Source: Antedon mediterranea (lineage: Eukaryota > Animalia > Echinodermata). Taken from it: a stretch of 64,000 bases of DNA. The stretch is taken from NCBI RefSeq assembly GCF_964355755.1, contig NC_092676.1, positions 24,322,871-24,386,870 on the forward strand, read 5' to 3'. The notes under the pieces are model-generated. The model was given only the letters and a program-made list of their open reading frames with translations. It was not told the origin of the DNA and did no database searches. This document shows positions 13,154-24,514 of this stretch, piece by piece (position 1 is the stretch's first letter; each line of letters starts with the position of its first letter). Both the position numbers and the translations under genes were made by a program.

Positions 13154-13234
13154 AGTTCTGTCATTTACTACAGGACGAGAAGATTAGCAGTGGCATACCA
13201 TGGATCAAAAGATATCAAATTATTCAATTATTAA
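13154..13234 (+). pseudogene. 3'-terminal remnant of a TRIM-NHL copy resembling copy 2
   Basis: Translates SSVIYYRTRRLAVAYHGSKDIKLFNY*, closest to the end of copy 2 (AYHGSNDIKLYNY*). The downstream flank also matches that of copy 2 (ggcattgccaaataaatac...cagattcagactcagtgtc). Confidence 0.85.
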
Positions 13235-14584
13235 GTTTCCAGTATTTGTTGCTGAATTGTCTAAAATGTATTTTTTTTAAAACTAAATATAACTAAAATT
13301 ATATTTTATGAGACATAAGAATTATTGAATTTTATTTTAAAATACATATATATAAATTAACTGACGTTCTATAGAGAGAATATATGTACATATGCACAGA
13401 AAATAATAATCTATAGATTACCAAATATGTATAAAAAATATAGTTTTATTTGAACTAGTTAATTTTAATTGTAATTCTATACAGGCATTGCCAAATAAAT
13501 ACATACATATAAATACAATTTCAGATTCAGACTCAGTGTCAATGATCTTCTTATGTAAATAAAATGAAAGTTAATACATTTATATATATATATCAGGTGA
13601 ATGTTAATAAATTTTGAATCTATCAGTCAAGTGTATAAACATATGGAAATAGAAATGTTTTGAAAGAAAACAATTGATGAGAAATGGCAGCAAACGAACA
13701 TACATCAGTTGAAACATTTCCTTACCAGGCACTATTTTAAGAGGTACCGTAACCCATGATTATACTTCCCAACTGGAACCCTTAAACCAGAAAGATTTAA
13801 TGCCGAGTCATTTGCTTTTGTTAAATTTTAATAGCAGTACCTAATTATGTTTGGTCGTGTTGAATGTTTAAATGCATTTAAGGGTAAAATTGTTAAATCT
13901 CTATAATGTTCCAATCTTTGTGTATGTTATTGTTGCTTATTTGAATGTATTGTTATAGTTTATTATGTTTAGATTCAACCTGTTAGTGGTGGTTTCATTG
14001 CTGTTGGTTGTCAACTGAATAAAATAAAATAAATAACTAATAAATAGTTTGACATCGTCACAGGTCAGTAATTGACAATGCTTTATTCAAACACTAAAAC
14101 ATCTAATATTCCGTCATACTTTACCTGTATAATGTCAACCGCACCCACTACATATCAACTACTATTGCATTCCAACAGTGAAGTTAAAGGAAATACAGTA
14201 AATTTATTTAACTACATAGTCTTTTTCACCTAGCAAAAAAAAGGTTAGTACTATATTATAATATGTTCTGTTAGTAATACTTCACAAAAAAAAAAAAACT
14301 TTAGTTCAAAACATTAATGTCGGTAAAAAAAAACTGTAATCTGACATTGCGTTGATTTGATGTTTGAAACTTGAAATGGGAAACCACCGAGATTGCTACC
14401 TACAAATTGGGAAATTTTTAGTGACTTAAGTTAAAATTTAATCCTAATTAATGAATTTTCATCAATTTAGAACAAAACCAAATAACATTGTTTGAACTAT
14501 TACAGAAAACAAAAGAAAAACTAATTATAACATTATTAACATGAATTTGCAACAAACTAAAATACAAATCAAATTCTTTTACAG

Positions 14585-16367
14585 ATGTCTACAGGAATTA
14601 AAGATAACAAATTAAAATGTTCAACTCATCCTAAAAATGACCTTCAATTCTTTTGTTCACATTGTGAAAAATCAGCATGCAAAGACTGTGAACACATCAT
14701 TAAATGTTACGAAAAGCAACATGATGTGGTTCCAATACCTATTATAATTGATGAGGATGACCAAAAAGCAACATGATGTGGTTCCAATACCTATTATAAT
14801 TGATGAGGATGACCAAAAAGCAATAAGATTAAACAAGAAAGCTGATGGTATTAAAAGTAAATTTGAAAAATTCTTGGACACCATTGTTACACATCAAAAC
14901 ACATTTGAAACAAATACAAAATTATGCAGATCTGCTATTGAAATGAGAGAAAAAAAAGTAATTGAGAAAGTAAAAGAAGAAAGCAGAAACTTGATGTCTG
15001 ATCTTAACAAATCATATAAAAACAGACAAGAAGCTAATAAAAAAGAACTTGCAGAAATGGATTCAAAGAAAACACAAATAGATAGTCTTACAGCTGCAAT
15101 AAAATCAACTATGGGCAAATCAAAAAAAGATAAAATTGCAACACTTGAACAAAAAATTGAGGAATTGGAAACAGATATTGACGCATTCTCGCACAAATTT
15201 GTTATTCCAACTTTTAACACATCAGCACATCTAAATGACCTGATTGATACTGAAGGAATTGGAAACATTTTAATGGTTGACGACAGATTTATTGTTGCTC
15301 AAACTGATCGATCAATCACAGTCACAACAGGGCAGTCATTTGCAGTAGAAGTATCAAGTTTGATAAAAGATGAAGAATGTAAATTAGTTGCCACTCTAAC
15401 AAGCTCATCAGGTGAAAAAGCAAGTCCTCTGGTAAAGTATTATGAAAACGGAGACTACAGAATAACAAGTACCTGTAACTGTGAAGGAGATTGGAAAATG
15501 AAGATTGCAGTCGCAGATGAACATGTCAAGGGATCACCAGTAAATGTCAAAGTTGAAAAACTAGGACTTGTTCGTACAAGTGGTAAATTAACAGATTATA
15601 TACAAGGTGCGCACCAGGTATCAGATGTTATGGCAGAAAACAATGGGTGTGTGTTAGTGGCAAGTGTTAGCAAAGAGATATTGAGATTCAACCAATCAGG
15701 ATCATTTGTTGGTACGTTATGGGCACCGCATGACATAAAGGCGTATCGAATGCACAAAATGAGTAATGGCAACATAGTGTATAGTAATTTGAGAAACTGT
15801 GTTGTAATGTGTGATGACAAACTCAGCAGTATTTGCTCATTTGGTAAAGACAAATCAAAACTCCAAGGTGGATTGGATGTAGATGAGAACAAGAGGATCT
15901 TATATGTAGCAGATGGTGATGAACATTGTGTATTTAAATTTAATATTGACAAAAAGTCAATGCTTGGTAAAATTGGGTCAAAGGGCAGTAAAGCCGGTAA
16001 ATTTAAACACCCAAGCGATGTTGCAATAACTACAAAAGGAAACATAGTAGTGGCTGATACTGAAAATGACAGAATACAAATTTTTAATGAAGATGGGAAA
16101 AAGGCAAAAGTCATCATAGAACACGGAGAAGAAGATGGTAAAGTGATTCATCCTTCTTGTGTAACAGTGGATGCTGATGATAACTTAATAATATCAAGCC
16201 AACATAAGGTTCAGTTATTTGACAAAAATGGAAATTTCATAAGACGAATAGATCGCAAAGACGATGGATTACTGTTGCCACTTGGCAGTGCTGTCATTTC
16301 CTATAGACCAAGAAGATTAGCAGTGGCATACTTTGGGTCAAATAATATCAAATTTTTCAATTATTAA
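14585..16367 (+). pseudogene. TRIM-NHL-like copy 4, frameshifted by a 52-bp tandem duplication
   Basis: The ORF is split (14585-14776 and 14748-16367) by an exact 52-bp duplication at 14712-14823. The rest is intact; acceptor ttacag|ATG; upstream donor at 14244. Confidence 0.8.
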
Positions 16368-18067
16368 TAATGCTGTCCTTACAATCATTCTAAAAAATTG
16401 TTAAAATACTGGTTTAGTTAAATACCAAGTAGCATAGAACAATGCCTTTAAGCAGATTAAATTAAATTTTAAAACATATTGGTTGCATTGTCAAACACTT
16501 TTATTTTAAAAAGTTTTTTGGTTAATAAATATGCAAACAAACATTTATTTTACCTATGTACATAAATAGTTTTACTTTAATATGTAAATAATATATTAAT
16601 ATTATATTTGTAAAAGTTTGCTTTTTAAAAATATTTTACAAAGATTATCATAACAGTATACCTAGTTACCATTGAGTATACAAGGACGACAAATTATTCT
16701 AGCATAGTACTAATGGTTTTAGTTATATTGAGTTGGATTAATATTTTGTTATCCATTCTTGATGATCTGAGCAGATTAACTTGTCTCAGTGACCAGTTTA
16801 TGCCTGATCATTATTTTCTAAGTATTAAAAAAAAAAGGACTTTACATAATATTTTTCTTAAAAGTATTGGGTTATTAATAAGAAAATATACCTTTCTCAA
16901 ATAGGTATAATAACATTCTAATCTGTATATCTTGATTATATGACAATATTGAATAAAAGTGGAATGATCCCACAAAAAAAAGGAGAAAAAATGTAGTTTT
17001 ATTTAAATTAGTCTTCATTTGAATTTAAATGTATGCAAAAAAAAAGCAGCTATAGCCAGTGGAGCAGTACCCTTCCAATTATGAAGTTTGCTCCTAAATG
17101 GAAGAAGAAGAAGAAATGAAATGTACAGTAACCTGTCAAATTAAAGAACTTGGATAACCTGTCATTGAGAAAACCTACATACACGTATTCAAACCTGTTT
17201 TCACATGTTTACATGCCAATAGAATAGAATATCACTTTGTACTTGCATCAACAATTTTGTATAATACTAATAGAGATATTTTTGTTTTTTAGATTTAAGT
17301 TGAACTAGAACAGCTAAAACCTTAAAGAATATGTATATTATGCGCGGTCTACCATCATTTGTTTGGTTTGATTTTACTATCAGACTCATGAATACCAATC
17401 TATCTATTTCATACAGTCCTCATTCAGTACTTTTACTGTACAAAACTTTTCGACTTCGAAAGCACAGGCATGTTTTAAGTTTTGAGATGCAGTTCTTACA
17501 ATTCATAAAAATAATTGATTTAAAAAAAACTGCATTGTAAAGAGTAAAGTGCATGTACCCTGCATGGGTTTCAACTAAAAAAGAATCACTGTATGTATGT
17601 TAAGTTGTATCATCAGATTTTATTGTATTTAACCACAAGTTAAGCGTATTATATTTTACAGGCATTCATGCTTTGTTTATTGTTAAGCATACAAGTTTGT
17701 TTCAAACATTTCCATATTTTCGTCACGGGTCAAAAATTTACCTCCGATGACTTTTATAATTTTATAGAATACATGTCAGAATTTGATTGTCAACTTCACC
17801 TGCCATTATTATAAACTACTACTAGCCAATTAAAGTTAAAGGAACTAAATTACTCGCTGAAACTTTCTACATCAAGTAAAAAAAGGTTAGTGGCAAACTT
17901 CGCCTATTTTAAAAATACTAATCAGCACACCATTGTTGGCTATCAATTTTAACTCTGTATTTGTTAACACAGCTGTATTATATTTTGACTTTGTTTAATG
18001 CTTTGGAAAGATAGTGGTTCCAATGATGTCAGTAGAAACATATCGGGGGAAGCTATATATTAATAAA

Positions 18068-18336
18068 GAACTGAGGTCTTCTTCTGGGTCTCTCCTCTTA
18101 CACACTGTCTGCCCTTCTACGCAGTTTTATGGAAGTCGCTCATTCCTTTGTGCCTCAGTTGCTCTTTGGAACGACTTACCACCTGCAATTCAACAAGCAC
18201 TCACCATCGTTACATTCAAACAATTATTAAAAACTCATCTTTTTAAGTTATCTTTTGACTACTCTGTATATTTTTGTTATAATGTAAAGCACATTGGGCT
18301 TTTAGCACCATGCACTCTATCAAGCCTGATTTATCA
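18068..18336 (+). mobile_element. L2/CR1-group LINE 3' fragment (ORF2 C-terminus and 3' end)
   Basis: Translation LRSSSGSLL...YGSRSF...ALWNDLPPAIQQ...FKQLLKTHLF matches the typical L2-clade ORF2 terminus (LWNxLP...FKxxLKTxLF). Confidence 0.8.
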
Positions 18337-18916
18337 TTATTACCTCCGCCAAGGAGGTTATATTTTCACCCCTGTATGTTTGTGTGTTTGTGTGTGTGTG
18401 TGTGTGTGTGTCTGTGAACAGCCTGGAGGCCACAGTTTTTATCCGATTCTCACCAAATTTGGCAACAATGATCTATGCCCCAAAAGCTCGGACGAGTTCG
18501 AATTTGAGGGGAAAAGGTCACAACTAACAAAAAATATTTTACTGCCTAGAGACCACAGTTTTTATCCGATTCTCACCAAACTTAGCCACAATGATCAATG
18601 ACACATCATATAATTGTGGTTAAATTTTGAAGGGTCAGGGTCAAATATCAAGGTCCACAAAAAACTTTAAAAAAAGAAATATAAAATAATAAAAAAAAAA
18701 AAAACCTCAGTGGGACTTGAACCAGCGATCTCAACTGTGAGAGGCTGGATACATAACCATTACACCACACTGTCATCCACAACTTTGTAGTGTGCAGTTA
18801 ACATATTTACACTTAGAACTAATACAAAAAATGTTTAAAAAAATATTCAGGGGGAATTTTATGTAGGGGAATTTTACAGTAGGCGGAGGTTTGTACTCTC
18901 GGAGTACCCTCTAGTT
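18337..18916 (+). mobile_element. Non-autonomous Helentron-associated element (HINE/DINE-1/pearl-like)
   Basis: Subterminal inverted repeats ACCTCCGCC (18342-18350) and GGCGGAGGT (18882-18890), a (TG)n microsatellite, a duplicated core ccacagtttttatccgattctcaccaaa, a 3' hairpin GTACTC-TCG-GAGTAC and a terminal CTAG followed by TT. Confidence 0.8.
18705..18776 (-). pseudogene. tRNA-Glu(CTC)-like sequence embedded in the HINE
   Basis: Minus strand: A-box TGGTGTAATGG, anticodon loop CT-CTC-AC, B-box GGTTCAAGTCC, partial acceptor stem cagtg/cactg, then a T run. The stems are imperfect. Confidence 0.6.
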
Positions 18917-19279
18917 AATTTTATTATTTAATTATTATTATTTATCGGTTATCTCCAGTGTTCTTCTGGGTAGTTGGTCATGTCCCAACTGCTTCCCGCA
19001 GCCTAGAGACATAACACCTTATTTACTTAATATTGTCTTTTGACTTTAAAAAAGGTTTAAGGAAATGGAATTGAATATCCTTTTTACAATTCTAGTTCTA
19101 GTTTTACTGTTTTTATGCACCGACAATTTTGTATAGCAAGAATAGTTTTGTCATTGAATAGAAATACAATTCCAAATCAATGTCTACTCATATGTGGTGC
19201 ATGGTTTACACAATACTAGGTGAATAAATAAAGATTTGAAAAGAAAATACATTCTGATACCAAACGATTTTTCTTACAG

Positions 19280-21079
19280 ATGTCTACAGGTATTCCAGAG
19301 AAACATTCAAAATGTTCAACTCATTGTGAAAATAACCTTCAATTCTTCTGTTCAAATTGTAAAAAATCTGCATGCAAAGACTGTGAACATATTCTTGAGT
19401 GTTACCACAACAACCATGACGTGGTTCCAGTACATTCACAAACTGATGAGGTTGACCAAACAGCTATGAAATTAATCAAGATAGCTGAAGAAATTAAAAG
19501 ACAACTTGAAAAATCCTTTGATTCCATTGTTGAAAATCAAAGAAAATTTGAAAACAATATAAAATTGTGCAGATCTGCAATTGAGATGAAAGAAAGGAAA
19601 ATAATTGAGAAAGTAAAAGTAGAAAGTAGGAACTTGGTGTCTGACCTTGACAAACTGTACAAAAAGAGACAAGAGGCTACTACAAAGGAACTTGCAGATT
19701 TAGATTCAAAGCAAACACAAATAGAAAGTCTAAAAGCTTCAATAAAATCAATTATGAAGGAACCAGAAGGAAAGGAAAATGATCTTGATGAACTGGACAA
19801 AAAAATCATTATAGTTAAAGCTAATGTCTTAAAATCAGATAATGATATATTTTCACTCTATAACAAACATGTTATCCCAACTTTCATCACATCACCACAT
19901 CTAAATAAACTGATGGATACTGAAGGAATTGGAAACATTGTAACGGTAGACGAGAGGTTTAATGTTGCTAACAATGATCGATCTATTATTGTCACTAAAG
20001 GAGAGAAGTTTGCAGTAAAAGTATCCTGCTTGATCAAGGATGAAGAATGTCAATTAGCTGCCACTCTAACAAGCTCATCAGGTGAAGAATCAAGACCTCA
20101 TGTAAAATATCAAGGAAATGGAGACTACAGAATAACAAGTAGTTGTAACATTGAAGGAGACTGGAAACTGAAGATCACTGTAGCAGATGAACATGTCAAA
20201 GGATCACAAGTAAATGACAAAGGACCACCAGTAAATGTTAAAGGGTCACCAGTAAATGTCAAAGTTGAAAAACTTGGACTGGTACGTACAATTCGTAAAA
20301 TATCAGATTGTTTAAAAGATAATCATCGGGTATCAGATGTTATGTTAGAAACAAATGGGTGTTTGTTGGTATCAAGCATGAGCAAACAGATGTTGAGATT
20401 AAACCAATCAGGATCAGTTGTTGATAAACTATTAATGCCCCAAGATACAAGACCATATAGAATGCACAAAATGAGTAATGGGAACATAGTGTACAGCGAT
20501 TTGAATAAATGTGTTGTAATGTGTGACAAAAAACTAAACACACTATGTTTATTTGGTGAAGACACACTAATTTCTCCAGGTGGATTGGATGTAGATGAGA
20601 ACCGGCGGATCTTATATGTAATAGATGAGAATGAACAATGTGTATTTAGATTTAATATTGATGATGGGTCAATGCTTGGTAAAATAGGGTCAAAAGGTAG
20701 TAAAGTGGGTCAAATGAAAATTCCATTTGATGTGGCAATAACCAAAGAAGGAAACATAGTTGTGGCAGATACTGGAAATAACAGAATACAGCTATTTAAT
20801 GTAAATGGAAAGATTGCAAGAGTCATCATAGATCACGGAGAACAAGATGGTAAAGTTGTTTTTCCTTATTGTGTAACAGTGGATGTTGATAATAATTTAA
20901 TAATATCAAGCAAAGATAAACTTCAATTATTTAATAAAATCGGAATTTTCAAGAGACGAATAGATCATGAAGACGATGGATTACGGTTTCCATTTGCAAA
21001 CTCTGCTATTTCCTATAGGCCAAGAAGAATAGCTGGAGCTAACAGTAACTCAAATAGTATTATAATTTTCAACTGTTAA
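19280..21079 (+). CDS. RING-less TRIM-NHL-like protein, copy 5
   Basis: 599-aa intact ORF with the same architecture; acceptor ttacag|ATG; upstream donor at 17886. Confidence 0.9.
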   Translation: MSTGIPEKHSKCSTHCENNLQFFCSNCKKSACKDCEHILECYHNNHDVVPVHSQTDEVDQTAMKLIKIAEEIKRQLEKSFDSIVENQRKFENNIKLCRSAIEMKERKIIEKVKVESRNLVSDLDKLYKKRQEATTKELADLDSKQTQIESLKASIKSIMKEPEGKENDLDELDKKIIIVKANVLKSDNDIFSLYNKHVIPTFITSPHLNKLMDTEGIGNIVTVDERFNVANNDRSIIVTKGEKFAVKVSCLIKDEECQLAATLTSSSGEESRPHVKYQGNGDYRITSSCNIEGDWKLKITVADEHVKGSQVNDKGPPVNVKGSPVNVKVEKLGLVRTIRKISDCLKDNHRVSDVMLETNGCLLVSSMSKQMLRLNQSGSVVDKLLMPQDTRPYRMHKMSNGNIVYSDLNKCVVMCDKKLNTLCLFGEDTLISPGGLDVDENRRILYVIDENEQCVFRFNIDDGSMLGKIGSKGSKVGQMKIPFDVAITKEGNIVVADTGNNRIQLFNVNGKIARVIIDHGEQDGKVVFPYCVTVDVDNNLIISSKDKLQLFNKIGIFKRRIDHEDDGLRFPFANSAISYRPRRIAGANSNSNSIIIFNC

Positions 21080-22561
21080 ATTAGAAATTAGTGGTTTGAT
21101 TTATATTTGTTTAATAATGCTTTAACTAAATACTAGTAAAGTAGACCAATGCGTTTTGGTCAATCCTTTTAGTCGTCTTTGACATGCATTATTACTGTAA
21201 GTTACATTTTATTAGTTGCACAATCAAGCTTAAAATAATATTGGAACTCTTATATTAATTAACACATATTATACTATGATTATTTTATATTATAAAACAA
21301 TTAGTGCTCTAAAGGTTATTTATAATATAAATAGATTATTTCTCTGAATAAATTTGGAATGACCACACAAAAAAGAAATGTATAAAAGTTTTATTGAAAG
21401 TAGTCTTGTCAGTTATATTATTAGTAGTCAAATTATAATATTCATAGAAAAAACAAATTCTACACAGAAAAGAGAATTTTCAAATAATTAACTTAGCACA
21501 GATTAGTGGCAGATCTACCATTTATCCATCCATCCTTCTATCGATAATCTTATCCCCTTTCGCTGTACCAAACTTAAAAGTTTGCGCACAATGTTACTTA
21601 ATCACTTACAGACTGCGCCATCTATAACAGTTAGTTTGGCTATGTATTTTGGTATAAAGTCTTTTGATGACCAAGTATTATCATCAACTATTCAAATACA
21701 TATAAAATATTAATAAACACGTATTTATTGCCTGGGCAATCATCTACTTTTGCAAAATTCATAATATGTAGTGTTTTAATGAAAGTTCTTCCTTCCAGAC
21801 AATTAACTTTAATTTTCATTTTGTTTGACATGTTGCTTGTAATTGTAGAAATTCATTTATGAATATTTTACTGAAAAAAAAACCAAAACAAAATAAATGA
21901 AGAGTATAAAACACAGTGGTAGTATAATAAAAAGATAATATACCATACCATTAATGATGATAAAAACTGAACTTTTGAACTGAAATCTCCTAAACCAAAC
22001 TTGTTGTTTGTAGTATGTTTAAACAAGAATCAGAATCTATTGTATTTTATAGCAGTTTATTATTATATTACAGGCCATCATGTCTGTAATGTACATCATA
22101 AACTGTTCTTTACAATTTTTGTTATCATTGAATTTTAAAAAAACATGTATGCTTTAAGGATAATATATCAATCTTTGGCTGATATAAGTCAGATTACACA
22201 CCGTAAATACATACTGTACTACCAAGCATAATCCTATCCTAAGTCCTATTAACTTCTAACACTGTTGAAAGGAACTACCATACTTCTCTTACTGTACTGA
22301 ACTACTTTTTCAAGAAAATAAGGTTAGTTGCAAACTAATTCTATTTCAAGAAAAAAAATCAAATTAATATTCTAGTTAAAGTAGGTAAATACAATAATCA
22401 TCTGTCAAAAACATTTGATTATTAGAAAATCTTACAAGCTACTGGACCTCATTGATAAGAGTCCCTTGTATAGGAAACAAAATTACAGAAAATGAAAGTT
22501 TAATGCAGCCAATCAACAATTATGTAAGCAAGCATATTTTACATAATATACATTTTTTCAG

Positions 22562-24323
22562 ATGGCTACAGGTATTCAAAGGAAAAAATGTTCAACTCAT
22601 TATGAAAATGACCTTCAATTCTTTTGTTCAACTTGTAAAAAATCTGCATGCAAACAGTTAAACTGTCAAGAAATTCTTGAATGTTACAAGAAACAACATT
22701 TTGTGACTTCGATAGATTTGCAAAGTGATGAAGATGAACAATACACTACAGACTTAATAAAAAGAGCTGAAGAAATCCACAGAAAACTTGAAGAATCCTT
22801 GGACTCGTGTGTTAGAAATCAAAGAAGGTTTGAATCAAATTTGACTTTAAGCAGGTCTGCTATTGAAATGAGAGAAACGGAAATAATTGAGAAAGTAAAG
22901 GAAGAAACCAGAAAATTAATGTTGGATCTTGAACTAATGAATGAAAAAAGAAAAGAAGCTAATAAAGAAGAACTTGAAGATCTAGAATCAAAGAGAACAC
23001 AAATAGAAGGTCTAAAAGCTTCAATAAAGGAGAGATCAGAGGAAAATGAGAATCTTGTTGAAATTAAGGACGAAATCAATAATGTTCAATGTCAAGTATT
23101 TGAAGAAAGTACTGCTAACTTCTCACTCTACAACAGACATGTTATTCCAAATTTCATCACATCTGCAAATCTTAACAAACTAATTGATACTGAAGGAATT
23201 GGAAACATTGTAACAATTGACGACAGGTTTAATGTTTCTGAAAATGATCGATTATTACAGTTACAAGTGGCCAGTTCTTTACAATAAATGTAGTAAGTTT
23301 GATCAAGGATAAAGAATGTAAATTAGATGTCACTCTAACAAGCTCAACAGGACAAGAATCAAGACCTTGGATGAAATATGAAGGAAATGGAAAATACACA
23401 GTAACAAGTAGATGCACCATGGAAGGAGACTGGAAAATGAAGATTATAGTTGCAGATGAACATGTCGAGGGGTCTCCAATAAATGTCCAAGGATCACCAG
23501 TACATTTAAAAGTTGAAAACGTAGGACTTGTTCATACAATTGATGAACTGTCACATCACACAGAAGGAATATGTCAGCCATCAGACGTTTTGTTAGAAAC
23601 CAATGGAACTGTGGTAGTATCAAGTTCAACGAAAGAGATATTGAGATTCAATGCAGATTCTGGATTATTTGTTGATAAGGTAATAATGCCACAAGACACA
23701 AGTGTATATAGAATGCACAAAATGAGTGATGGGAACATGCTGTATAGTAATGTGAAAAAATGTGTTGTATTGTGTGACAACAACCTTAATACAACCCTCT
23801 CATTTGGAAAAGGCACAATTATAGGTGGATTGGATGTAGATGAGGAAAAGAAGATCTTATATGTGGCAGATGAGAATACACATTGTATTTTAAAATTTAA
23901 AATGAATGATGGGTCAATGCTTGGTAAAATTGGGTCAAAGGGTAAAAAGAAAGTGAAATGAAACACCCAAAGGATATTGCAATAACCAAAAACGGAAACA
24001 TAGTCGTTGCTGATACTGACAATGATAGAATACAGCTTTTTAATGCAGATAGCAAAAAGGCAAAGGTCATCATAGGTCATGGAGAAGAAGATGGAAAAGT
24101 TGTTTTTCCTACTTCTGTAACTGTGGATGCTGATGATAATCTAATAATATCAAGCAACCATAAAGTTCAGTTATTTGACACATCTGGAGTTTTCAAAAAA
24201 CGAATAGATCACAAAGATGATGGATTAAATATACCAACTGGCAGTTGTGTAATTTCATATAGGCCAAGGAGGTTAGCAGTGGCAAACACTGGGTGGAATA
24301 ATATAAAAATATTCAACTATTAG
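22562..24323 (+). pseudogene. TRIM-NHL-like copy 6 with two 1-nt deletions
   Basis: Three consecutive ORF pieces cover the whole protein. Single-base deletions relative to paralogues lie at about 23252 and 23953. Acceptor tttcag|ATG; upstream donor at 22323. Confidence 0.75.
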
Positions 24324-24514
24324 GAACAAATAACTGATAGATAACATAACCAATGTAAAATAGTGTTTTATAAATGATTTTGTTTTGATTAGTTGGAATT
24401 TTTAAAATAACTAACTCATTTTCGTTAAATCACAGTAACGTACCTTATTACATGTAAATAAAATGAAACCCGGACACTATAGTTGTCAACAATCAATGTT
24501 GATTGCTTGCTTAC

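Noticed and set aside
18014-18601. 195-aa ORF with a CVCVCV run
   Set aside because: Chance read-through of an L2 fragment into the HINE (TG)n microsatellite.
18705-18776. Functional tRNA-Glu gene
   Set aside because: The acceptor and anticodon stems are mismatched and it lies inside a transposon, so it is treated as tRNA-derived.
21500-21760. Possible missing URB1 exon or LINE remnant in the copy 5-6 spacer
   Set aside because: No convincing minus-strand exon. It may be a decayed LINE end but is too degenerate to call.
23940-23961. Programmed frameshift or stop-start coupling (ATGA overlap) in TRIM copy 6
   Set aside because: The five paralogues are continuous here, so a simple 1-nt deletion explains it.
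4071-24080. Recurrent minus-strand ORFs inside the TRIM genes (e.g. 4626-5069, 11549-11872, 15596-16117, 23574-24080)
   Set aside because: Antisense shadows of the paralogous coding sequences; they recur because the sense genes are similar.
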